The translations under genes and the position numbers were made by a program. From NCBI GenBank assembly GCA_002794465.1, contig MTSL01000142.1:1-9909 (forward strand): a stretch of DNA of 9,909 bases, in the 5' to 3' direction. The notes beneath the pieces were generated by a model, which made no database searches, was not told the origin of the DNA, and saw nothing but the letters and a program-made list of their open reading frames with translations. The stretch's first letter is position 1, and each line of letters opens with the position of its first letter. This DNA is from Paramicrosporidium saccamoebae KSL3 (Eukaryota > Fungi > Cryptomycota). Of the stretch, positions 1-7,653 are shown piece after piece.

Positions 1-54
1 GATTGTAACTTTTCGGTAGGCGTCGCAAGGGCTGTGACAAGCAAGACTTTCTCA

Positions 55-2275
55 ATGTGTAATTTCCTCAATACTCTGTTGATGATTTCTAGCATTCTTT
101 AATACTGGTGGCTTTGGACAGCAGCAGAACCCAAACCAGCAACAACAGCAGCAGCAAAATCCATTCGGTGCGCCCCAACCGACTGCAGGTTTCTTTGGGG
201 GAGCGCAACAGCAGCAGCCTGCCGCATCGACCTTTGGTTCCTCGGCATTCGGTGCTCCACAATCGACCTTTGGACAGCCTGCTGCGTCTACTGCATCAAC
301 TTTTGGTTCCTCGGCATTTGGTGCTCCTACTAGTACTTTTGGGGCGCCTACCGGGTCCACTAGTGGTGCATTTGGTGCTCCTGTGAGTGGTGGGTTTGGA
401 AGCACTGGTGCATTTGGAGCTGCATCCCAGTCCACAGCTCCTACTGCTGGCGGATTTGGAGGTGGATTTGGAAGCAGTCTTGGCTCTTCCACGCCTGCCC
501 AAGCTCCCGCGTTTGGTGCCACACAATCTACATTTGGCACCGCTCCTTCTGCATTTGGCGCTACACAATCTACATTTGGCGGTAGTGCTTTTGGAGGAGC
601 GGCACAGACTGCACCCAGCGGATTTGGACAAGCAAATACTGCATCGGGTGGATTTGGACAGACAACTAATGCATCGGGTGGATTTGGGCAGACAACTAAT
701 GCACCCAGTGGGTTTGGACAAGCCAGCAATCCATCGAGTGGATTTGGACAGGCTGGTAATGTGTCTGGCGGATTTGGACAAGCTGCTAACACTTCTGGTG
801 GATTTGGGCAGGCTACTAATAATTCTGGCGGATTTGGACAGACTGGTAATACTTCGGGAGGCTTCGGACAGGCAGTTAATACGTCTGGTGGTTTTGGACA
901 GACTTCATTTGGCTCAAATTCCTCACAGATGCCAGCATCGACCGCTCCTACTTTTGGTACAACCACACAGCCATCCACTGGAACATTTGGAGCTGCACCG
1001 GCAAACACTTTTGGCCAGCCTGCTCCTACTGGATTCGGTAGCACCTCTAATTTTGGAACCTTGACAACAACTGCGCCCCCAGCCCAAGCTGCACCTCCAG
1101 CCCAAACTGCACCCACCGTTCCGCTGTTTGGATCAACAGCAACCCAGCCTGCAACAACCGGAGGTTTGTTTGGGGCCAAACCTGCTGCTGCAACTGGGGG
1201 ATTTTCATTTGGAACTTCCACTGCTCCGCAACAACCATCAGTAACATCAGCTCCTGCCCCAACAGCCGAAGCTCCTAAACCAAGTGGATTCTCCTTTGGT
1301 GCTGCGTCTGTTGCTCCCTCCGCTCCTGCTGCGCCAGCTGCACCAGCCACAGAGACCAAGTCCTTGTTCTCATTCGGAGCTCCAGCTCCCACTGCCAGCA
1401 CCACTGCTGCAACAGATGCTAAAGCCGTCTCGTTCAAGCTTCCTGAGACATCAAAACCAGCAGAATCCACCGAGGTCAAGCCTCTTGCCGTAGGATCTTT
1501 GCCTATCCAGAATTTATCCTCCACGGCTCCATTGTCATCTGGAGCTCCAGTGTCCTCTACAGCCCCGTCGTCATCTGCAGCTCCATTGTCTTCTACGGCC
1601 CCATTATCCTCCACGGCTCCCTTGCCTTCTACCGCCTCATTACCCTCTACAGTTTCATTCCCCTCGAATCTAAAGAACAAGACACTTGAGGAAATTATCA
1701 TGAGCTGGAATGAGGAATTAGAGACTTTAGTGTCATCTTTTGAAAAGCAGGCTGTGGAGATTGCCCAATGGGACAAGAAAATTGTGCACAATGGGGAACA
1801 CATTATTGCGTTGAATGATCGCGTGAACAAGTTGGAAGTTTTTCAAAAGGAGATTGATCAGAACCTCAGCTATGTTGTGGCTCAACAAAGCGAGCTGGAG
1901 GGTTTGCTGGACGGAATTGAAAAGGAACTTCCCGGTCTTGTGCAAGCTGCGACCGGCGGTAAGCAGGGCGCCGTCGATTCTGAACGCGAGAGAATGTATG
2001 AGACTACTGAGGATGTGCAAAAGAAGGTAATCGATGTGGCGAATCAATTGTCCAAGATGGTGTACGAAATTAACACGGCTGCATCGGAGCCGGTAGTGCC
2101 GGAGAGTGAGGGCCAGCCAATGGTGGAGATTGCGCAGGTTTTGAATGCCCATTTGGATGCACTGCAGTGGATAGATCACAAGGTGGAGGAGTTGAGAAAA
2201 GCCAGCGGATCCGTAAAGAACCAGGCTAGTAAGGCCTCTCATGAAATGGAGCGTTTCAACTCTGGTGCCCTATAG
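55..2275 (+). CDS. NSP1: FG-repeat nucleoporin Nsp1/Nup62 (728 aa; exons 55-58 and 93-2275)
   Basis: The ORF-track start at 383 is an internal GTG (Val); the frame stays open back to a TGA at 83-85. ATG-T (55-58) + GTAATT...TTCTAG intron (59-92) joins to give MSFFNTGGFGQQQ... The spliced CDS is 2187 nt = 729 codons. FG/GGFGQ/FSFG repeats are followed by an Nsp1_C-type coiled coil (LKNKTLEEII..W..EL...FEKQA.EIAQWDK.IV.NGE.I). Confidence 0.93.
59..92 (+). other. 34-nt spliceosomal intron (phase 1) in NSP1
   Basis: GTAATT...TTCTAG. Contains the in-frame stop at 83-85; its removal supplies the only nearby in-frame ATG. Confidence 0.85.
119..157 (+). repeat. Coding CAG/CAA poly-Gln tract (QQQNPNQQQQQQQ)
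   Basis: Read directly in the NSP1 frame. Confidence 0.9.
611..910 (+). repeat. Ten tandem 30-bp coding repeats, consensus xSGGFGQxxN
   Basis: Units start at 611, 641, 671 ... 881 with no indels; core gg(a/t/c)tt(t/c)gg(a/g)ca(a/g). Units 2 and 3 differ at 1 nt. Confidence 0.95.
1514..1657 (+). repeat. Eight tandem 18-bp coding repeats, consensus LSSTAP
   Basis: LSSTAP LSSGAP VSSTAP SSSAAP LSSTAP LSSTAP LPSTAS LPSTVS, immediately before the coiled coil. Confidence 0.9.
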
Positions 2276-2285
2276 GACTGCAGAA

Positions 2286-2291
2286 AATAAA
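2286..2291 (+). terminator. Putative poly(A) signal AATAAA of NSP1
   Basis: Exact hexamer 10 nt after the TAG, in the 24-bp convergent gap. Confidence 0.6.
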
Positions 2292-2299
2292 GGCTGTAT

Positions 2300-3814
2300 T
2301 TATGATGAGCGGTTACGAGACAGGGCATAACGTTTGTACAGAGCCTGACTATGACTTGCCGTCACTGAATCTCCCTTTTCATCAATGGGGCGCTCACTCA
2401 TAGGAACAAAAGGCCTCGCCGCCTCGCCAGTATACACCTGTCGGGGTCTCCATATCTTGAGATCTGGATCGGCAAGCATCTCGTTCCAATGCGCCAACCA
2501 GCCAGATATCCGGGGGATTGCAAATAGCAGAGGGAAAAAGTCAGTGGGGAATCCCATGGCCTTGTAGATGAGTCCCGAGTAAAAGTCGACATTTGGGTAG
2601 AGTCGGCGAGACACGAAATAGTCGTCGTTGAGAGCGGCCTGCTCAAGGGCAACAGCCACTTTCATCAAGGGCTCTTGACCACACACTTCAAAGACTTTGT
2701 ACAGCACATCTCTGACGAGCGAGGCTCGTGGATCAAAGTTTTTGTACACTCGGTGTCCAAAGCCCATGAGCTTCTTTTCTCGATTCTTCACCTGTGCTAT
2801 GAAATCGGGAATATTCTCCACCGATCCAATCTCCTCCAGCATGTGAACGACCGCTTCATTGGCTCCCCCATGAAGGGGCCCGTACAATGCGGCGGCAGCA
2901 CCGGAAATTGCACTGTATGGATCAACTAGAGACGACCCTATCAAGCGCATGGCAGTTGTTGAGCAGTTCATTTCGTGTTCTGCGTGAATGATAAAAAGCT
3001 TGTCCAGTGCGTCAACTAGCACCGGATGGGGACGATAATCGGCTTCGCCTAGACAATCCAACATGCACAAAAAATTCTCCGTATATCCCAGTCCATTCTG
3101 CGGACTATTAAACTCGCGGCCGATTCGATGTCGATATGCATTGGCAGCCAGTGTTGTTGCCTTTCCAATGATTCGCTTAAATTGCTTGTTACAGAGTTTT
3201 ACGTCCTGCAGAAAAATGTTAGCACCTGCCAACGATGGATTAGCCTCGGGGTGAAACGTCGACAGCGCTGCAATTGAGCTAATGAACATGCCCATAGGGT
3301 GTGCGTCATAGTTGAAGGATTTCATTAGGTCATTCACCTTGACATGGAGATATGTGTGCGTCATAATCTGCTTTTCCCACCCTGCTGCCTGGAGCTTGTC
3401 CGGAAGCTCTCCGTATATCAGCAAATAGGCCACTTCCAGGTAGTTAGAATGCTTCAAAAGGTCTTCGATGCGATAGCCTCGGTAAAGCAAAATCCCCCTC
3501 TCTCCATCAACATAGCTTACTTGGGACTTGACCACGGCAGTGTTGAGAAATGCTGGATCATAAACTCGCAATCCTTCTGCGCAACCCTCGCCATTCATCC
3601 CATCCTCCGTTTTCCCGTCAGTCCCATCATTTGGTTCCAGACACAATTTCAGTTTTTTAAAGACGCTGGCATTCAGAAAATTGCCATTTTCAATTGGAAC
3701 ATGGAGCGTCTTTCCAGTTCTATTGTCAGTAATGGTAAGAGACTCGTTCTTCGTGGCCCCATGATTGTTGCTGTCGAGAGACTCTTTGTCGACATCGGCG
3801 TCGCAGGGCTGCAT
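2300..3814 (-). CDS. Citrate synthase, peroxisomal/bacterial type II-like subfamily (504 aa)
   Basis: Catalytic motifs LHGGANE, GFGHRVYK and YPNVDFY are intact. LTITDNRTGK, GLRVYDPAFLNTA, SYVDGERGILLYRGY and HAEHEMNCST match plant peroxisomal CSY / Dictyostelium-type enzymes rather than mitochondrial CIT1/CS. Confidence 0.93.
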   Translation of the reverse strand: MQPCDADVDKESLDSNNHGATKNESLTITDNRTGKTLHVPIENGNFLNASVFKKLKLCLEPNDGTDGKTEDGMNGEGCAEGLRVYDPAFLNTAVVKSQVSYVDGERGILLYRGYRIEDLLKHSNYLEVAYLLIYGELPDKLQAAGWEKQIMTHTYLHVKVNDLMKSFNYDAHPMGMFISSIAALSTFHPEANPSLAGANIFLQDVKLCNKQFKRIIGKATTLAANAYRHRIGREFNSPQNGLGYTENFLCMLDCLGEADYRPHPVLVDALDKLFIIHAEHEMNCSTTAMRLIGSSLVDPYSAISGAAAALYGPLHGGANEAVVHMLEEIGSVENIPDFIAQVKNREKKLMGFGHRVYKNFDPRASLVRDVLYKVFEVCGQEPLMKVAVALEQAALNDDYFVSRRLYPNVDFYSGLIYKAMGFPTDFFPLLFAIPRISGWLAHWNEMLADPDLKIWRPRQVYTGEAARPFVPMSERPIDEKGDSVTASHSQALYKRYALSRNRSS

Positions 3815-3945
3815 TTAGTCATGCTAGCATTGTTTAGGTTCTTATACTGTCTCTCATTGGACGTGTCGATGGACGAATCATATCCAATCTCGGACTTGTA
3901 ATTCGTCGCCGACCCTGGATTGGCGTTAATGCCCAAGTGTTCAGC
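3815..3945. promoter_or_regulatory. 131-bp divergent promoter region (citrate synthase / MscS)
   Basis: Head-to-head gene arrangement. Contains palindrome ATGCTAGCAT (3821-3830) and GACGTG (3860-3865). Inferred from position only. Confidence 0.5.
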
Positions 3946-6255
3946 ATGTTGAACCGACCGACTGGTGACACAATGCGTCCACCGGACCATGACGATGCGG
4001 CAAGCTCAATAGGCGAGGATGAGGACTATGAGCACACTGCCATGAGCATAAATGACCTTACGCAGCGGAAAGATTCACCGTCAAATACCACCCTTAGTCC
4101 CAAGTCGCAGAGAGACAGTAGCTCCGACGAAAGTCCACGGTCTAGCAAAAGCGTGTTGCACCGAGTTGGAAAATTTTTCTTCCACACTGGAATCCCCTCG
4201 CTCTGTCTGCGCCACATGTTGCTATGTTTCGTCCTCATTGGCTTTGGGATGCTCGCGTTTTTCAACTTTCCTGACCTGGAGGTGGGCCATATTCCAGTAG
4301 CGTATACCTGTCTCATCCTCGGATGGGGACTATTAGGATTTTCCATCACAATGAGCGCAGTCCATTTCTTTGTGGTGTTTTGCCATGAGAGACGGCTCTT
4401 TTACAATTGGAGCTTTATCCATTACATGTCAGAATTGGAGAAATTTGTGGCTGTCATGATTTGCATATTTGGATTTCTGGTGGCGCTAAGTTTTGACGGC
4501 GTGCAAGTATTTACTGACCGATGGGTATTTGGATCCTCTGGGCTCCGGTACCTGTCCATCAAGATTTCAATTGGAGTCTTTTTGACTGCAGCGTTGCTGG
4601 CTGTCAAGAGACACTACATGACTGGACTCGCCATTGCATTCAATTATTCAAACTACAAGGATCGCGTTCAAGAATCTCTCTTTGCAGATCGCGTCTTGAC
4701 AATGCTACAAAAATCAAAGCACACCTACAAGTTTCGCCAAAAGTGGAAGGTGAACAAGTCGGAGGGTGCAACAACTGGTCGACTTCAAAGTCCAACGTCG
4801 TCCCGCTTCCGGGTGGGATCGGCATCGGAAGTGCCTGTCATTCTAAAGACTGGCCAGATTTCTCTCCCCAATACTCCGGCAATTACGGTTCAATCATCGG
4901 TACGAAGTGCAATGGAGATTTTCCCACCGACCGGAGGGTCTAGCCCACAGGGGACCAGCATCAATGGATCCACAGTGCTGCCGCCAACGTCTCCGCTAGC
5001 CAAGCCTGATGGTGTCAACACTGGCCCACCTAACCAGACGCCAGTGATATCTGTTGCCTCCTATCTAACCGAGTCGGATAAGAAGAGACAATTTTCAGAA
5101 TTCTTCCGGTTAGCCAACAAGATGATTGCGCGCTTCTCAAATGTCTCGGACTATCGAGGCGAAATCCAAGCCGAGGCAAAGAGAGTCTCCCAGAAGCTTT
5201 ACAAGTACCTCCTTCCATACAATCGAGATTTTCTGCAAGGCCAAGACTTGTCGCCCTATATTGAGGACGAAGAGGAGTTCAAGAGGGCCGTTGCCCTTAT
5301 CAAGAGAAACTCGGAAGGATCGTTCCAGACCACTAGCTTGACCCTCGAAGAGGCAAATAATTTTGCCTTTGGGGCACAAGACTTGCACCGCGCCATCGAC
5401 GGGATCCTGATCGAGCTATATGTGACTGCAAAATCGCTGCAGACTATCGAAACGGCACTTGACAAGGTAGACTTTTTCTTTACAGTCCTTGTTGCCATGA
5501 TCATGATCGTTGTCGTAGCCATTGTCATTGGAGATGCTGTCAAGCTGCTCCTAGCACTGTCCACAATGTTATCCGGAGCCGCCTTTGCCTTTGGTACATC
5601 AGCCCGAAACATGTTTGAATCGATGATATTTTTGCTTGTCATCCATCCATTTGATGTCGGAGATCGTGTCTTTGTCCCCCTGGGAACAACTACAGCCAGT
5701 TTGGCCACGACCAATGCGTCCATGTCAGGGGTTGACGCGCTGGACAATCTGACAGTGGCAGAGATGCACTTGCTGTCCACCGTATTTGAGCGGTGGGACG
5801 GGGTAAAACTGTATGTGCCCAACCATATCCTGGCTGGGAAGCCCATTTTCAACATCCGACGTAGCGGCGCCTTGTTTGAGGTTCAAAAGCTACACGTTGA
5901 TTTCACCACTCCTCTATCAAAGATTGAAGAGCTGCGACGGAGACTGGAAGATTACGTGCGGAGGGAACAGGCTGATTATACCGACGTAGCCCGTGTCCTC
6001 TTTGACAGTGTGGAGAATTGCAACCGAATCAATCTGTGCATATACTTTCAACACACAACCAACTGGCAAGACATGGACACGCAGCTGGCGAGACGATCCA
6101 AGATGTTGGCATTCCTAAAAGAGACGGTGGAGCATCTGGAGATTAGCTACATGCCGCCAGTGCAACGAGTTGCCTTGGTGTCCACGGACAAGTTACTCAA
6201 TGGTGGTGAACTTAGACGACTCTTGGAGATTGGTCGCGGTAAAGAGATGGTATAA
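3946..6255 (+). CDS. MscS-like mechanosensitive ion channel, eukaryotic Msy1/Msy2-MSL type (769 aa from ATG 3946; ATG 3973 is an alternative)
   Basis: Four N-terminal hydrophobic segments, a cytosolic insert, two further TM segments, then MscS signatures FLLVIHPFDVGDRV, STVFERWDG, YVPNHIL..KPIFNIRRS. The ORF-track start at 3937 is GTG. Confidence 0.92.
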   Translation: MLNRPTGDTMRPPDHDDAASSIGEDEDYEHTAMSINDLTQRKDSPSNTTLSPKSQRDSSSDESPRSSKSVLHRVGKFFFHTGIPSLCLRHMLLCFVLIGFGMLAFFNFPDLEVGHIPVAYTCLILGWGLLGFSITMSAVHFFVVFCHERRLFYNWSFIHYMSELEKFVAVMICIFGFLVALSFDGVQVFTDRWVFGSSGLRYLSIKISIGVFLTAALLAVKRHYMTGLAIAFNYSNYKDRVQESLFADRVLTMLQKSKHTYKFRQKWKVNKSEGATTGRLQSPTSSRFRVGSASEVPVILKTGQISLPNTPAITVQSSVRSAMEIFPPTGGSSPQGTSINGSTVLPPTSPLAKPDGVNTGPPNQTPVISVASYLTESDKKRQFSEFFRLANKMIARFSNVSDYRGEIQAEAKRVSQKLYKYLLPYNRDFLQGQDLSPYIEDEEEFKRAVALIKRNSEGSFQTTSLTLEEANNFAFGAQDLHRAIDGILIELYVTAKSLQTIETALDKVDFFFTVLVAMIMIVVVAIVIGDAVKLLLALSTMLSGAAFAFGTSARNMFESMIFLLVIHPFDVGDRVFVPLGTTTASLATTNASMSGVDALDNLTVAEMHLLSTVFERWDGVKLYVPNHILAGKPIFNIRRSGALFEVQKLHVDFTTPLSKIEELRRRLEDYVRREQADYTDVARVLFDSVENCNRINLCIYFQHTTNWQDMDTQLARRSKMLAFLKETVEHLEISYMPPVQRVALVSTDKLLNGGELRRLLEIGRGKEMV

Positions 6256-6259
6256 TAAA
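6254..6259 (+). terminator. AATAAA overlapping the MscS stop codon (TAATAAA)
   Basis: The stop TAA (6253-6255) supplies the first two A residues of the hexamer. Confidence 0.5.
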
Positions 6260-6283
6260 AAGAGTGTAATTCTGAGGTTGCCT

Positions 6284-6322
6284 TTGGGGTTGTATGTTGG
6301 GGTTATATATTGGGGCTGTATG
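6284..6322 (+). repeat. Three tandem 13-bp repeats TTGGGG(T/C)T(G/A)TAT(G/A)
   Basis: ttggggttgtatg / ttggggttatata / ttggggctgtatg, read directly. Confidence 0.85.
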
Positions 6323-6379
6323 TTAACGTTGAAGTTGAAAGCGTAGTCTATGGCGCATGATGCATAGTGGGGGGGAGGG

Positions 6380-6396
6380 AATAAAGATTTTTTATT
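6380..6396. terminator. Back-to-back poly(A) signals (AATAAA + at 6380-6385; AATAAA - at 6396-6391)
   Basis: aataaa-gattt-tttatt lies between the convergent MscS and USP genes. Confidence 0.55.
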
Positions 6397-6545
6397 GGAA
6401 ACCCTTGGTCTGTAAATGTACCAAATAGACATGGGCTTCATTGTACAGACATTACAACTAGACAATCCACTAGAATTGACAAAAAGTCCCCAAAGTAGAT
6501 GGGGACTTGATTATACACCGAATCTAGGGTCTATGATGGCATCTA

Positions 6546-7619
6546 TCATGTGCGTTCGTAGACGAGAATATATGCCTGGCTCAATAGGACCTGATCGACT
6601 GTAACTTCCGAGACGATGGAATCTGAACAGTAGAGCCATCGACTGCGATTTCCATTCTCTCGCACTCTCCTATAGGCAATGTAATGGCCGCCACCTACTC
6701 CTCCGACATGTTCAATTACAGCTGCCAACATGTACACGGGCCGTTCTACTGCCATTCTTAGCAAATGACCCTCCTGACGCCAAGCTTGCATCACTACCGG
6801 AAACTGCATTGCTGCCTCCTCCTTGACGATCATTGTGTTTGCTACTCCAAGACGCTGTACATGAAGGACGAGGATTGGCGGCCAGCGCACTAAACTTGAC
6901 AGTTTGAATGAAGCACCGATTTTGCCACAATGACAGCTGTAGTCAGCAAGATGATCCGGCTGGAGGACAGTGAGGAAGGAGGATTCTAACATTGTCGACG
7001 GTGGAAGTGTTAGAATGGCAATGTTGGTGATTCTGACGCCAGCGTCACTGGTCTGTCCACACGCAGTGCATCTGACACAGTTGGCCATGGAAAGTTCCCA
7101 GGGAATAGAACGACTTTCTGTGGTTTGCGCAGGATAAACATTGGCAGTATTCTCCTGTACTGGGTTTTGCGACTTGGACGCCACTGCCAGCATTGCCTGC
7201 AGCAATTCATGGGCATCCTGCTGTTCACAGTTCAGCGATCCGCCCATAGTTGCGACCAGAGACTGTGCATTTAGGGTCCCACCCCGCTTGTTCAATGATG
7301 TGAGTATACGCAGCAATTCGGCAGTAAACGGCGTAGTGGGCTGTATCTGCAGACGATTGGATACTGCGGCCAAAGCTTGCAAGACGCTGTTCAAATAACA
7401 ACTGTTCCCGATATTGTGCAGTCCCGGATATCGACTCTTGGCTGGTCGTCGTTTGATACGTCTCCTATGTCGTATTCCGTACCAGGCGCCAGTGCAGAGT
7501 CCTAACACGGCACTCCCGCCGAGCAGCAGTCGCCAGTTGTGAGCAAGAAATAGTTTGACATGTAGCAGTACGGAGACTTTACTGTTGGCGGGCGAAGAGT
7601 CTTGCACAAAAAGTATCAT
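6546..7619 (-). CDS. USP30: Ubiquitin-specific protease (C19), USP30/Ubp16-like with N-terminal membrane anchor (357 aa)
   Basis: Cys box GLHNIGNSCYLNSVLQAL, QQDAHELL, His box EHVGGVGGGHYIAYRR, then WLYCSD with Ser at the third catalytic position as in USP30. Hydrophobic segment at residues 31-49 followed by RHRRRIKRR. The ORF-track start at 7694 is TTG; the first ATG is 7619. Orthology is inferred. Confidence 0.85.
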   Translation of the reverse strand: MILFVQDSSPANSKVSVLLHVKLFLAHNWRLLLGGSAVLGLCTGAWYGIRHRRRIKRRPAKSRYPGLHNIGNSCYLNSVLQALAAVSNRLQIQPTTPFTAELLRILTSLNKRGGTLNAQSLVATMGGSLNCEQQDAHELLQAMLAVASKSQNPVQENTANVYPAQTTESRSIPWELSMANCVRCTACGQTSDAGVRITNIAILTLPPSTMLESSFLTVLQPDHLADYSCHCGKIGASFKLSSLVRWPPILVLHVQRLGVANTMIVKEEAAMQFPVVMQAWRQEGHLLRMAVERPVYMLAAVIEHVGGVGGGHYIAYRRVRENGNRSRWLYCSDSIVSEVTVDQVLLSQAYILVYERT

Positions 7620-7653
7620 CGTCAACGCTGTCTGGCACAAAGGTTGACAGTGC

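Noticed and set aside
611-910. 30-bp periodic array read as CRISPR
   Set aside because: No unique spacers, variation concentrated at synonymous and spacer codons inside a CDS, eukaryotic context, no cas genes.
108-1493. Alternative-frame ORFs 108-386, 296-781, 387-1064, 923-1105, 1047-1262, 1284-1493
   Set aside because: Out-of-frame or antisense readings of the FG repeats.
52-1830. 592-aa antisense ORF over NSP1
   Set aside because: In this register a stop needs a sense TA- codon after T/C, or a CA- codon after T. The FG domain lacks Tyr and its Gln codons follow GGA/GGG, so the open frame is an expected shadow. The product is low-complexity.
2300-3814. Recent bacterial horizontal transfer of the intronless citrate synthase
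   Set aside because: The motifs match the eukaryotic peroxisomal subfamily, and the neighbouring MscS and USP genes also appear intronless. A phylogeny would be needed.
3344-3990. ORFs 3344-3901 (+) and 3673-3990 (-)
   Set aside because: They overlap the citrate synthase CDS and promoter and contain no recognisable domain.
5256-5855. 199-aa antisense ORF within MscS
   Set aside because: Shadow of the conserved sense CDS; no independent motif.
6284-6322. Telomere or telomere-addition site (TTGGGG)
   Set aside because: Only three interrupted copies, internal between intact genes.
6481-6508. Rho-independent terminator (hairpin plus T run on the minus strand)
   Set aside because: The locus is eukaryotic (spliceosomal introns). 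Kept only as a structured-UTR finding.
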